A DNA stretch of 64,000 bases. Origin: Flavobacteriaceae bacterium (GTDB lineage: Bacteria; Bacteroidota; Bacteroidia; Flavobacteriales; Flavobacteriaceae). The notes under the pieces were generated by a model. It did no database searches, had not been told where the DNA came from, and was given only the letters and a program-made list of their open reading frames with translations. The position numbers and the translations under genes were made by a program. The stretch is from the NCBI GenBank assembly GCA_041392125.1, contig JAWKMR010000008.1, forward strand, positions 28,701 to 92,700, written 5' to 3'. This document shows, piece after piece, positions 10,389-19,691 of the stretch (positions within the stretch are counted from its first letter, which is position 1; each line of letters starts with the position of its first letter).

Positions 10389-11954
10389 ATGAACAACATT
10401 ATACTTATCGTCATTGCAGTTTTGGCGGGATTGATACTAGGATTCATTATTTCAAAAATACTCGAAAAGAAACAGGCTTCACAATTATTGAAGTCTGCTA
10501 AAAAAAATGCAACGTCCATTATCAAGGAAGCAAATACTGAAGGAGAATCTATCAAGAAAGAGAAAATATTACAGGCCAAAGAAAAATTTATTGAACTTAA
10601 GGCAGAACACGAAAAAGTAATTTTAAGTCGGGATAAAAAGATTGCTGAAGCCGAAAAGAGAATTAGAGACAAAGAATCTCAAGTTTCTAATGAACTTGCA
10701 AAAAACAAAAAATTGGCTGCCGACTTAGAGACGCAAAAGAGCACTTACGATGAACGTCAAAAATTTATTGAAAAGAAAGAGGCAGAACTCGAAAAGCTTC
10801 ATCGTAGTCAAATTGAGCAACTGGAAGTAATTTCAAGCCTTTCTGCCGAGGAAGCTAAAAATCAATTGTTGGAAAGCTTAAAAGGAGAGGCAAAGACCAA
10901 TGCCATGGCGTATATTCAAAACACCTTGGAAGAAGCAAAAATGACGGCGCAACAAGAAGCCAAAAAAGTTATTATTAATACAATTCAGCGAATAGGCACT
11001 GAAGAAGCTATTGAAAACTGTGTTTCGGTATTTAATCTGGAAGGAGACGATGTAAAAGGTCGAATTATTGGCCGCGAAGGACGCAATATTAGAGCTATAG
11101 AAGCTGCAACGGGCGTTGAAATTATTGTCGATGACACTCCTGAAGCCATCATTCTCTCTTGTTTCGATTCGGTACGAAGAGAAATTGCTCGTTTGTCACT
11201 ACATAAATTGGTTACGGATGGGCGTATCCACCCGGCTCGTATTGAAGAAGTAGTGAAAAAAACCACCAAGCAAATTGAAGAAGAAATTATTGAGGTAGGA
11301 AAACGAACCGTAATTGATCTAGGAATTCATGGATTACACCCAGAATTAATTAAAGCTGTTGGAAGAATGAAATATCGCTCTTCTTATGGGCAAAACCTTT
11401 TGCACCATTCGCGCGAAGTTGCAAGACTTTGCGGTATTATGGCTGCTGAATTAGGCTTGAACGCCAAGCTTGCCAAGAGAGCTGGTCTATTACACGATAT
11501 TGGAAAAGTACCTGAAGCTGAAACCGAGACCCCTCACGCCATTTTAGGAATGCAGTGGGCCGAAAAATATGGCGAAAAACCCGAAGTTTGCAACGCTATT
11601 GGGGCTCACCATGACGAAATTGAAATGACCGATTTACTTTCACCTATTGTTCAAGTATGTGATGCTATAAGCGGTGCACGCCCCGGAGCGAGAAGACAAG
11701 TATTAGATTCTTACATTCAACGACTAAAAGATTTAGAAGATATTGCTTTTGGCTTTGGCGGAGTACAAAAAGCCTATGCTATCCAAGCAGGAAGAGAGTT
11801 ACGGGTAATGGTTGAAAGCGAGAAAGTAAGTGACGATAAAGCGGCTCAATTATCTTTTGAAATATCACAAAAAATTCAAACCGATATGACCTATCCGGGT
11901 CAAGTAAAAGTTACTGTAATTCGCGAAACCAGAGCCGTAAATATAGCTAAGTAA
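10389..11954 (+). CDS. rny: Ribonuclease Y
   Basis: N-terminal TM, coiled coil, KH domain ([13 protein letters not shown]) and HD domain (LLHDIGK). Confidence 0.96.
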   Translation: MNNIILIVIAVLAGLILGFIISKILEKKQASQLLKSAKKNATSIIKEANTEGESIKKEKILQAKEKFIELKAEHEKVILSRDKKIAEAEKRIRDKESQVSNELAKNKKLAADLETQKSTYDERQKFIEKKEAELEKLHRSQIEQLEVISSLSAEEAKNQLLESLKGEAKTNAMAYIQNTLEEAKMTAQQEAKKVIINTIQRIGTEEAIENCVSVFNLEGDDVKGRIIGREGRNIRAIEAATGVEIIVDDTPEAIILSCFDSVRREIARLSLHKLVTDGRIHPARIEEVVKKTTKQIEEEIIEVGKRTVIDLGIHGLHPELIKAVGRMKYRSSYGQNLLHHSREVARLCGIMAAELGLNAKLAKRAGLLHDIGKVPEAETETPHAILGMQWAEKYGEKPEVCNAIGAHHDEIEMTDLLSPIVQVCDAISGARPGARRQVLDSYIQRLKDLEDIAFGFGGVQKAYAIQAGRELRVMVESEKVSDDKAAQLSFEISQKIQTDMTYPGQVKVTVIRETRAVNIAK

Positions 11955-11977
11955 TTTTAAATTGATAAATTAATAGT

Positions 11978-12000
11978 AAAGCCCTTTTATAGGGCTTTTT
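11978..12000. terminator. Bidirectional intrinsic terminator between rny and xerD
   Basis: AAAGCCCT-TTTAT-AGGGCTTT hairpin with A/T tails between convergent genes. Confidence 0.8.
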
Positions 12001-12896
12001 TATTTTCTTGGGTGAAATTGCTCCACTACTTTGGCAAGATGCGATTTATCAATATGGGTGTAGATTTCAGTAGTGGTAATACTTGCGTGTCCTAACATTT
12101 GCTGAATGGCGCGCAAATCGGCTCCATTTTCTAACAAATGTGTGGCAAAGGAATGTCGAAAAGTGTGTGGGCTTACCGTTTTATGTATTCCTGCTTTTTC
12201 GGTTAGGTCTTTAATAATCGTAAACACCATGGCTCTCGTTAAGGGTTTTCCTCTTCGGTTTAAAAAAACAGTGTCTTTTGCCTTTTCAGAAATGGATTGA
12301 TGCACCCGAATCTCTTTCAAATAGATTGTGATGTATTTTATAGTGCTATCGGCTATGGGAACAAAGCGCTCTTTATCTCCCTTACCGGTAACTTTAATAA
12401 AACCTTCGTCAAAAAACAAATCGGATATACGCAATGATATAGCTTCCGAAACACGTAAACCGCAGCCGTATAAAGTTTCCAAAAGGGCTCTGTTTCGCTC
12501 CCCTTGTGGGGTACTCAAATCAATTTGCAAGATGATAGCGTCTATTTCTTCTTCGGAAAGGGTATCGGGTAATTTACGTCCTGTTTTGGGGCTTTCAATT
12601 AATTCCAGCGGATTGGTTTTTCGGTATTCTTCAAAAATGAGGTAATTAAAAAAGCCTCTTAGTCCAGAGATAATTCGGCTTTGTGAACGCGGATTTACTT
12701 CTTTGGCAATTTGGTATATAAACTCCTGAATGGTTTTTTCTGAAATATTTATTGGAGTATCCGCAATTGCATTTTCTTCCAGCCATAGCATCAATTTTTT
12801 AATATCCAATGCATAATTAACAATAGAATTTTGCGAAAGCCCCCGTTCAATATGAAGGTAATTTTGATAGTCCTTAAGCGCCTGTTGCCATGTCAT
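12000..12896 (-). CDS. xerD: Site-specific tyrosine recombinase XerD (likely start ATG 12896)
   Basis: LYGCGLRVSE, GKGDKER, SPHTFRHSFATHLLENGADLR, LGH and TTEIYTH catalytic motifs. Confidence 0.9.
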   Translation of the reverse strand: MTWQQALKDYQNYLHIERGLSQNSIVNYALDIKKLMLWLEENAIADTPINISEKTIQEFIYQIAKEVNPRSQSRIISGLRGFFNYLIFEEYRKTNPLELIESPKTGRKLPDTLSEEEIDAIILQIDLSTPQGERNRALLETLYGCGLRVSEAISLRISDLFFDEGFIKVTGKGDKERFVPIADSTIKYITIYLKEIRVHQSISEKAKDTVFLNRRGKPLTRAMVFTIIKDLTEKAGIHKTVSPHTFRHSFATHLLENGADLRAIQQMLGHASITTTEIYTHIDKSHLAKVVEQFHPRK

Positions 12897-12979
12897 AGAA
12901 AAACCTAAAGTTTTCTGAAAATACAAATTGTTTTCAAATTTCGTTATAATTTAGCACAAACATTTAACAAATTTACAAT

Positions 12980-13552
12980 ATGAAAAAACTATTGATTTTA
13001 TTTGCTTTTACACTATCAAGTGCTTCTATTTTTGCTCAAGGAGTAGATTTAGGTTTAAAAGTTGGGGTTAATTTTGCTAATCTTTCAGATGCCAGTAATT
13101 TAGACCTTAGCAGTAAAACAGGTTTCGTCTTTGGGGCATTTGCTGGAGCAAAATTAGGGGACAAATTGGGTATTCAAGGAGATTTATTGTACTCTGCACA
13201 AGGAGCTAAATCTGATGAAGAAGGGATAGACGACATTGACCTTAACTATGTAAACGTTCCGGTGGTTCTTAAATACTTTTTAACAGACCAAATACACATA
13301 CATGCAGGGCCTCAGTTTGGGTTTGTGGTTGATGATAATGTTGCAAAAGTGCTAACAAGTATTGCAGATGCTGAAAGCTTTGACCTTTCAGGTATTATAG
13401 GAATTGGCGTGGATTTACCCATGGGAATACGGTTGGACGGAAGATATAATTTTGGATTAAGTGATGTAATTTCTTCCAACGATAAAACTGTTGTGGACAG
13501 TGGGGGCAAGAATAGTGTAATAACTATTTCTGCGGGCTATTCGTTTTTATAA
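12980..13552 (+). CDS. Outer-membrane beta-barrel (porin/PorT-like family) protein
   Basis: Signal peptide FA-Q, GLKVGVNF, LNYVNVPV, RYNFGLS and aromatic C-terminus. Confidence 0.8.
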   Translation: MKKLLILFAFTLSSASIFAQGVDLGLKVGVNFANLSDASNLDLSSKTGFVFGAFAGAKLGDKLGIQGDLLYSAQGAKSDEEGIDDIDLNYVNVPVVLKYFLTDQIHIHAGPQFGFVVDDNVAKVLTSIADAESFDLSGIIGIGVDLPMGIRLDGRYNFGLSDVISSNDKTVVDSGGKNSVITISAGYSFL

Positions 13553-13571
13553 TTTAGAAGCTGTATAAATT

Positions 13572-13605
13572 AAAAAGGGCAACTATTTTTAAGTTGCCCT
13601 TTTTT
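13572..13605 (+). terminator. Intrinsic terminator
   Basis: AAAAAGGGCAACT / AGTTGCCCTTTTTT inverted repeat. Confidence 0.85.
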
Positions 13606-13716
13606 ATTGGTTGTCAAATTGTTAACAACTTTGTTAAAAAATAGGGCAAATGCCTCATGTAGAACATATTCATTTATTTAATAGCTTTACTTTATATTAA
13701 TCAAACTATTTTAATT

Positions 13717-14253
13717 ATGAAAAAATTTTTATTATTTGCTGCTATTGCAGTTTTCGGAATGAACACTTCTTTTGCTCAAGATGGCGATGGAGGTGATGCA
13801 ACCTCTCAAGGTTCTTGGCTTATTGAGGCTAATACTGGTTTTGGTGAAGCCTTTGGAGGAGGATCTGGAATCTTTTTACGCTCTATTGATGGTACAACCG
13901 CATGGAATGCAGGTGCCGATGTAGGGTATTTTGTCATCGAAGATTTAGCCTTAAAAGCGGGTCTGGGTTATGGAGATAATGGAGAGGATGGAGTTGATGG
14001 TATGTTTGGCTGGAAATTTGGTGCTAAATACTATATTAACGGAACTATTCCAGTAGGAGCCGATGTTAATGGAGCTTCAGGAAATGATTTTTCCCCAATG
14101 TGGGTAGGTATTCAAGCTGCCTATGCTTGGTTTATTGCGGATAATGTAAGCATTGAACCCGGTCTAAGATATGGATTAGGAATGAATGAAGATGCTGGCG
14201 ATGGTGATTTTAATATACTATCTTTTAATGTTGGATTTGCTATTCATTTATAA
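13717..14253 (+). CDS. Small outer-membrane beta-barrel protein
   Basis: Signal peptide FA-Q; GYFVIEDLAL, AKYY, VSIEP strands and terminal FNVGFAIHL strand. Confidence 0.75.
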   Translation: MKKFLLFAAIAVFGMNTSFAQDGDGGDATSQGSWLIEANTGFGEAFGGGSGIFLRSIDGTTAWNAGADVGYFVIEDLALKAGLGYGDNGEDGVDGMFGWKFGAKYYINGTIPVGADVNGASGNDFSPMWVGIQAAYAWFIADNVSIEPGLRYGLGMNEDAGDGDFNILSFNVGFAIHL

Positions 14254-14269
14254 AAGAATGTAACTTAAG

Positions 14270-14302
14270 AAAAAGCGGAAGAAGTTTTTCTTCCGCTTTT
14301 TT
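14270..14302. terminator. Bidirectional intrinsic terminator
   Basis: AAAAAGCGGAAGAA / TTCTTCCGCTTTTT between convergent genes. Confidence 0.85.
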
Positions 14303-16050
14303 TATTTCCGTTTCCAAAGTTTGAAAATAATAATTGCTGCAACCATCGCTATTACTAATAAAATAATGGCTCCAAAATAATTTGCGTAGATTAGATACCC
14401 TGTGGCAAATAACGCACTGTAAACAAATAAAATCCCTAAGAGCATTGAAGCCAAATCTTTGGTAAAATGATCGTGTGTTTCTTTTAGTACATAGCTGTTA
14501 GCAGCTTTCTTTTTAAAAGCATTCCAACCCATACCATAAGGAGTTACTTTATTGTAAAAATTAACCAACGTATTCATATTTGTGGGCTTAGTAAGTAATG
14601 TAACAGCAACCCAGGAAATAGTAGTAATAAGTACTCCCAAAACCAATTCTTGATGAGCTTCAAGTCCAAAATCACCAAATTTTAAGACAATGGCAACCAC
14701 AAAAGAAACAATCATCCCGGTAATTTCACTATACGCATTTACCCGCCACCAAAACCAACGAAGGATAAATATTAAACCGGTACCTGCCCCAATTTGCAAA
14801 AGAATATTGAAGGTATCTAAAGCACTTTCAAACTGAAGCGCTAATATAGCTGCGAAAATCATTAAAATTACCGTTGAGAGTCTTCCCACATTAACTAATT
14901 CTTTTTCTGAAGCCTGTTTTTTTACAAATCTTTTATAAAAATCTAATGAAATATAAGACGATCCCCAATTTAAATGGGTAGAAATAGTACTCATAAAGGC
15001 GGCAATTAACGAAGTAACAACCAACCCCAATAACCCTGAAGGTAAATGAGTGAGCATAGCAGAATAACCTAAATCGTGCCCTGCTTTAGCATTGGGAAAG
15101 GCTTGTGAAATATCCGAAAGTTGAGGATAAAGGACTAAGGATGCTAATGCAATTAAAATCCAGGGCCAAGGGCGAATAGCATAATGGGCAATATTAAATA
15201 GTAGGGTAGCGCCTATGGCATTTTTTTCGTCTTTGGCAGAAAGCATTCGTTGTGCTATGTAGCCGCCTCCGCCGGGCTCGGCACCGGGATACCAAACACT
15301 CCACCATTGTACTGCGATGGGAATTAACAATAAAGTCCACAGTGCTTTTGAATCATTAAAATCAGGAAGAAAATTCAGTTTGTCGACTACATTTTCATGC
15401 GCCAATAGGCCATCTAACCCTCCAATCTCGGGCATTTGAACAATGTACCAAGCCGCCCAAACGGAGCCCACCATAGCAATAATAAATTGCAAAAAATCGG
15501 TAAAAATAACTCCTCTTAACCCCCCAATAGAGCTATAGATTACAGTAATTACTGAGGCATACACTACCGATTCCCAAGGCTCCAAATTAAACAAGATTCC
15601 TCCAATTTTTATGGCCGCCAAACATACCGTAGCCATAATCATAACATTAAAAAAAACGCCTAAATACAAAGCCCTAAATCCTCTTAAAAAAGCCGCTTCT
15701 TTACCGCTGTAGCGCAATTCATAAAACTCTAAATCGGTAAGTACTTCAGATCGACGCCAGAGTTTTGCATAAACAAACACGGTAAGCATTCCCGTAAGCA
15801 AAAAAGCCCACCAAACCCAGTTTCCAGAAATTCCGTTTTGGCGAACAATGTCTGTAACCAAGTTGGGGGTATCTGCAGAAAACGTGGTAGCCACCATAGA
15901 AATACCCAATAACCACCAAGGCATGTTTTTTCCAGAGAGGAAAAATTCCTGTGAGTTTTGCCCCGATTTTTTACTTACAATAACACCTATAAGGAGAAAT
16001 ATTACAAAAAATGAAAAGATGAGAATCCAATCTAGGGTGCTTAATTCCAT
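14302..16050 (-). CDS. Sodium:solute symporter family protein (likely start ATG 16050)
   Basis: Many TM helices; EFFLSGKNMPWW, SMVATTFS, GGLRGVIFTD, QRMLSAKDEK and AAFMST SSS motifs. Confidence 0.9.
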   Translation of the reverse strand: MELSTLDWILIFSFFVIFLLIGVIVSKKSGQNSQEFFLSGKNMPWWLLGISMVATTFSADTPNLVTDIVRQNGISGNWVWWAFLLTGMLTVFVYAKLWRRSEVLTDLEFYELRYSGKEAAFLRGFRALYLGVFFNVMIMATVCLAAIKIGGILFNLEPWESVVYASVITVIYSSIGGLRGVIFTDFLQFIIAMVGSVWAAWYIVQMPEIGGLDGLLAHENVVDKLNFLPDFNDSKALWTLLLIPIAVQWWSVWYPGAEPGGGGYIAQRMLSAKDEKNAIGATLLFNIAHYAIRPWPWILIALASLVLYPQLSDISQAFPNAKAGHDLGYSAMLTHLPSGLLGLVVTSLIAAFMSTISTHLNWGSSYISLDFYKRFVKKQASEKELVNVGRLSTVILMIFAAILALQFESALDTFNILLQIGAGTGLIFILRWFWWRVNAYSEITGMIVSFVVAIVLKFGDFGLEAHQELVLGVLITTISWVAVTLLTKPTNMNTLVNFYNKVTPYGMGWNAFKKKAANSYVLKETHDHFTKDLASMLLGILFVYSALFATGYLIYANYFGAIILLVIAMVAAIIIFKLWKRK

Positions 16051-16054
16051 ATTG

Positions 16055-16663
16055 TTAATAAGTTTTAAGAGAGGCGGCCTGGGCAATCCAATTATCGCGT
16101 TCAATACGTCCGGGGAAAAAGTCGATGAGTTCTGTAAGGATTCTAATGTCTTCTTCTTGGAATCTGCTTATTTGATCATAGTTATAAATACCAATTTCAT
16201 TGAGACGTTGTTCAATGTAGGGCCCAATGCCATTAATTTGAGTTAAATCGTCTTTGCTATTTTTTGACCCGTATCCAAAATTCTCAAAATTAAGTTCAGG
16301 TTTGCTTTTGGTATAGGTAATGTAACTTGTCCGGGCTTTTTCAACAATTTCTTCTGCAGATTTGGGAATGATTTCTTCGTTAGTTTTTTCTCTTGTTTCT
16401 TGTTGGGTTTGTTTAACCACTTCTACAATTTTCGGTTTTATCTCTGTAAAAATGGTTTCAATGTCTGAAATGTTAGTAGTATTAGTAGTAGAATTAATTT
16501 TATTAAGATTGGCTTGACGCTTTACCTTTTTCAACATTTTTGTGTATTTGGACCGTTGTAGGGTCCAAGCCGAAAAATAACCAATTAAAAAGGTACTAAA
16601 CATTAAAAGAAAAATCCCAAAGAAGTCAGGAAATTGGCTTATAAATTCGTTGAATGCGCTCAT
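16055..16663 (-). CDS. Membrane-anchored protein with C-terminal helix-hairpin-helix domain
   Basis: N-terminal TM; DDLTQINGIGPYIEQRLNEIGI...GRIERDNWIAQA HhH-type module. Confidence 0.7.
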   Translation of the reverse strand: MSAFNEFISQFPDFFGIFLLMFSTFLIGYFSAWTLQRSKYTKMLKKVKRQANLNKINSTTNTTNISDIETIFTEIKPKIVEVVKQTQQETREKTNEEIIPKSAEEIVEKARTSYITYTKSKPELNFENFGYGSKNSKDDLTQINGIGPYIEQRLNEIGIYNYDQISRFQEEDIRILTELIDFFPGRIERDNWIAQAASLKTY

Positions 16664-17640
16664 TAATTAGTTCTGTATTTTACGTCTATTCTTCTGTTTA
16701 AAAATTGTCCTTCTTCAGTAGCATTACTGGCTATAGGTTTTGCTTCACCTTCAGATAGTGCAATAACTTTATTTTTGTCGAGTCCGCCTTTTGAAATTAA
16801 ATACCATCGTACTTGACGAGCATATTTTAAGGCTAATAAATAATTGTCATTTGCATTTCCAATATTGTCTGTATGCCCCACAATTTCGACTCTTACATCG
16901 GGATTTTCTGAAAAAACTTCGGTTACTTCATCTAATAAATTTTTAAGCACCTCATTTACAAAAATATCATTATTTACCAATTTCGGGTATAAAGTTTTGT
17001 CCTCCGGTAACTTGAATTTCAGCGAATTTAAACGAAGTGTATCTAAGGGTTTAAAAATGAATGAAATACCATAAGGGAAATGACCATTTTCATCAAACTC
17101 GAAGTCTTTAATCATAGATTTAACAGCTATTTTTTCACGAGGAATCCCAATACTTTCAAAGATTTCCCGTACTTTATTTCCACGGCGTATTCCCAAATTG
17201 GGATTTTTTATTTTCTCGGAGGCTGCATATAACGCAGTAATTTGAACTTCTTCCGTAGGGTGTTCAATTAAATAGGTGTTAATTTTATACTTAAAATCTA
17301 CAATACTTTGTGGTAGTGAAACTGTGGCGGTGTCTTTAAAAATACTTATTCCTTCGGGATAAGAAAAGATAACAGTTCCTTCTTTATTGGTAGCCCATAA
17401 TCCTTGGTTAAGCGGTATTTCTTCAAAATTGGTTTGAATGTTTTCTGAAAGATTTAATGTATCTGAAATGGATTTATCTAAAGAGTCCATTTCCAAAAAC
17501 GGTAACTGTTCGTTAGTCTCAATGGGCCTTATCTCACTTAAGATGTGGGTTTGTTTTACCGGATTAAGCCACGAGTACAGCCATAAACCAAAAAATGACC
17601 AAATAAGAAAAACTAAAAAGGCAATAAAAAAGTTTTTCAT
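16663..17640 (-). CDS. OmpA/MotB-like C-terminal domain protein with N-terminal TM anchor
   Basis: VEIVGHTDNIG, GEAKPIASN and NRRIDV motifs; overlaps the next gene by 1 nt. Confidence 0.8.
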   Translation of the reverse strand: MKNFFIAFLVFLIWSFFGLWLYSWLNPVKQTHILSEIRPIETNEQLPFLEMDSLDKSISDTLNLSENIQTNFEEIPLNQGLWATNKEGTVIFSYPEGISIFKDTATVSLPQSIVDFKYKINTYLIEHPTEEVQITALYAASEKIKNPNLGIRRGNKVREIFESIGIPREKIAVKSMIKDFEFDENGHFPYGISFIFKPLDTLRLNSLKFKLPEDKTLYPKLVNNDIFVNEVLKNLLDEVTEVFSENPDVRVEIVGHTDNIGNANDNYLLALKYARQVRWYLISKGGLDKNKVIALSEGEAKPIASNATEEGQFLNRRIDVKYRTN

Positions 17641-17778
17641 TTACGAAGTTAGGCTGTTTAAATTCTTTAGCGGGGCACTATCAAAACAAATTTACAAATT
17701 CCAAAGCTTGTAAGAAGTTACTGCTACTATTATTTTTAGGGACTTATTAACTTTCAGAAGTTAATAGTACTTTTGGGT

Positions 17779-18294
17779 ATGGAAAATAATCAATTTAGTG
17801 CCAATTTCAAAAAAAATGCATTTTATCGTTTGGATGAGAGTACACGAATGATTGAAAAAAGTTTGGTTGAAATTACTCCCGAAGAACTTTGGTTAAAACC
17901 CAATGACTCACTTAATTCTATTGGAAATTTAATGCTACATCTGTGTGGTAATATGACTCAATATGTAATTTCCTCTTTAGGAAATATACCGGATATCAGA
18001 AATAGGGAGGAAGAGTTTTCCAAAGACGGCGGTTTTTCAAAAGATGAAATAGTACAAAAACTCAAAACCACTGTTGAAACCGTAAAAAAAACCATTCTGA
18101 TGGCTTCAGATACAGAGCTCTTGAGAGAACGAAACGTACAAGGCTTCTCACTTTCAGGTGTAGGATGTATTTTACACCTGGTTGAGCACTATTCGTACCA
18201 TACAGGGCAAATTGCTTTTTGGGTAAAGTTATTGAAAAATAAATCGTTAGGTTTTTATGACGGCTTCGATTTAAACATTAAAAATGAGACTTAG
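17779..18294 (+). CDS. DinB family protein
   Basis: NSIGNLMLHLCGN, RNREEEF and EHYSYHTGQI motifs. Confidence 0.85.
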   Translation: MENNQFSANFKKNAFYRLDESTRMIEKSLVEITPEELWLKPNDSLNSIGNLMLHLCGNMTQYVISSLGNIPDIRNREEEFSKDGGFSKDEIVQKLKTTVETVKKTILMASDTELLRERNVQGFSLSGVGCILHLVEHYSYHTGQIAFWVKLLKNKSLGFYDGFDLNIKNET

Positions 18295-18311
18295 GAAAAT
18301 CCTATAATTAT

Positions 18312-19622
18312 TTAATCTCCACAATGGGAACCTTCAGCTTTCCAGCGTTTTTGTTGTTCAAAAATTTTATAATCATTATTTATGGAAGTAATTCCTAAAA
18401 AATTCATAGTAACCCCTGCATGGGCCTCATATTTAAGAGTGGCAGTATGACAGGGTGTATTATCTAGTAAACCTGTACTTAAATAGGAGGAGGCGTGCGT
18501 GTTTAGCAATAAATATGGAACTACAGTATTTCCTAAAATACCAACTTCAAACCTTGGAAACTCAACGCCCACTCCCATACCAGCAATACCCGCTGTTGCT
18601 GTGTTACTATCACCTGTTTGCTCGGCTGTATCATTAGAAACACCGCCAGTAGCGCTCATACTACCATTACCATAGGAAAAGCCAAAATTACTGTTATAGG
18701 TAAGTTTCATACTAGCTTGACTACTACTTCCTGCTGCAACTTCAGGGTAAATTTTTAGATTGGCTTTTAAGCGCAGTGTCACGGGTAGAATTCCCTGTAC
18801 TAAGATCGTTCGTTCTATGGTGGCCGGAATTTCTAAAATAGCAATATCACTTCCGAGACCTACTGCTGCAAATTTAAGCTCTACTTCGCCTTCAAGACCA
18901 TCATTAGTGTAAGAAAACTGCTGTGTTTCACCTCCTTGAATCTGAATATTTGCATTACTTGTAAATGAGGAAATATAACCTTCGGCAGCAATACTGCACA
19001 CTCGTTCTTTTTCAGATTTAAGTTTAATTTTCAGTTTATCCCCAGCCTCGGGAGTTAATTCAAACGAAACTTTCCATCCACGTATTTCTCTTTCAATTTT
19101 AACATGAAGACCGTCTTCTTCACCATCAACTATAGCTAAAAAGGGGGCTGCTAGGGTTGCAATGGGCTGACCTAATGTTACTTTTGCGTTTGTAATATCG
19201 GTATCATTCCAAGTTATGGGAGCACTATAAGAAATGTCTGCCTCCTTGAAATAGTCGGTAAGTCTGGCATACTCACTTTCCACAATAATTTTACCACCCT
19301 CTTTTTTAATAGCGGTAATTTTCCTGAGGGAATGTGTTTCAAATAATACCACTTTTCCTACTTCTAAATTTTCAACTTCATCGGCATCATCAGAAAAAAT
19401 ATAAGTTCCTGTTTCTGAATTATATTTCTCTAATTTGCTAACTTCTGAAGCTGAAATACGACTCGTGTTTTCTTTTGGAGTGACATTAAATGTTTCTGTT
19501 TTTGGAATGATGTGTGTTTTTGAAAAATCTTTCGATTTATTTTTATCATTTCCGCATGAAAAAAATAATGAAAGCGAGACAATTAAAACAAAATTTCTGA
19601 ATATCGAGGCGAAATAGTTCAT
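18312..19622 (-). CDS. Hypothetical lipoprotein
   Basis: Lipobox FFSC; 436-aa beta-rich ORF; no family recognised. Confidence 0.7.
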   Translation of the reverse strand: MNYFASIFRNFVLIVSLSLFFSCGNDKNKSKDFSKTHIIPKTETFNVTPKENTSRISASEVSKLEKYNSETGTYIFSDDADEVENLEVGKVVLFETHSLRKITAIKKEGGKIIVESEYARLTDYFKEADISYSAPITWNDTDITNAKVTLGQPIATLAAPFLAIVDGEEDGLHVKIEREIRGWKVSFELTPEAGDKLKIKLKSEKERVCSIAAEGYISSFTSNANIQIQGGETQQFSYTNDGLEGEVELKFAAVGLGSDIAILEIPATIERTILVQGILPVTLRLKANLKIYPEVAAGSSSQASMKLTYNSNFGFSYGNGSMSATGGVSNDTAEQTGDSNTATAGIAGMGVGVEFPRFEVGILGNTVVPYLLLNTHASSYLSTGLLDNTPCHTATLKYEAHAGVTMNFLGITSINNDYKIFEQQKRWKAEGSHCGD

Positions 19623-19691
19623 AGCAGTAAAGTGTTATGGTATCTAATTTAAAGATACTACTTTTTTCTACTGAAAATGAGGGAGATAGTA

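Noticed and set aside
12000-12926. Tyrosine recombinase as a prophage/island integrase
   Set aside because: The sequence is typical chromosomal XerD among core genes, with no att repeats, tRNA or cargo.
16055-17640. Zorya/MotAB-type system from the OmpA-like gene
   Set aside because: There is no MotA/ZorA-like multi-TM partner and no defence genes nearby.
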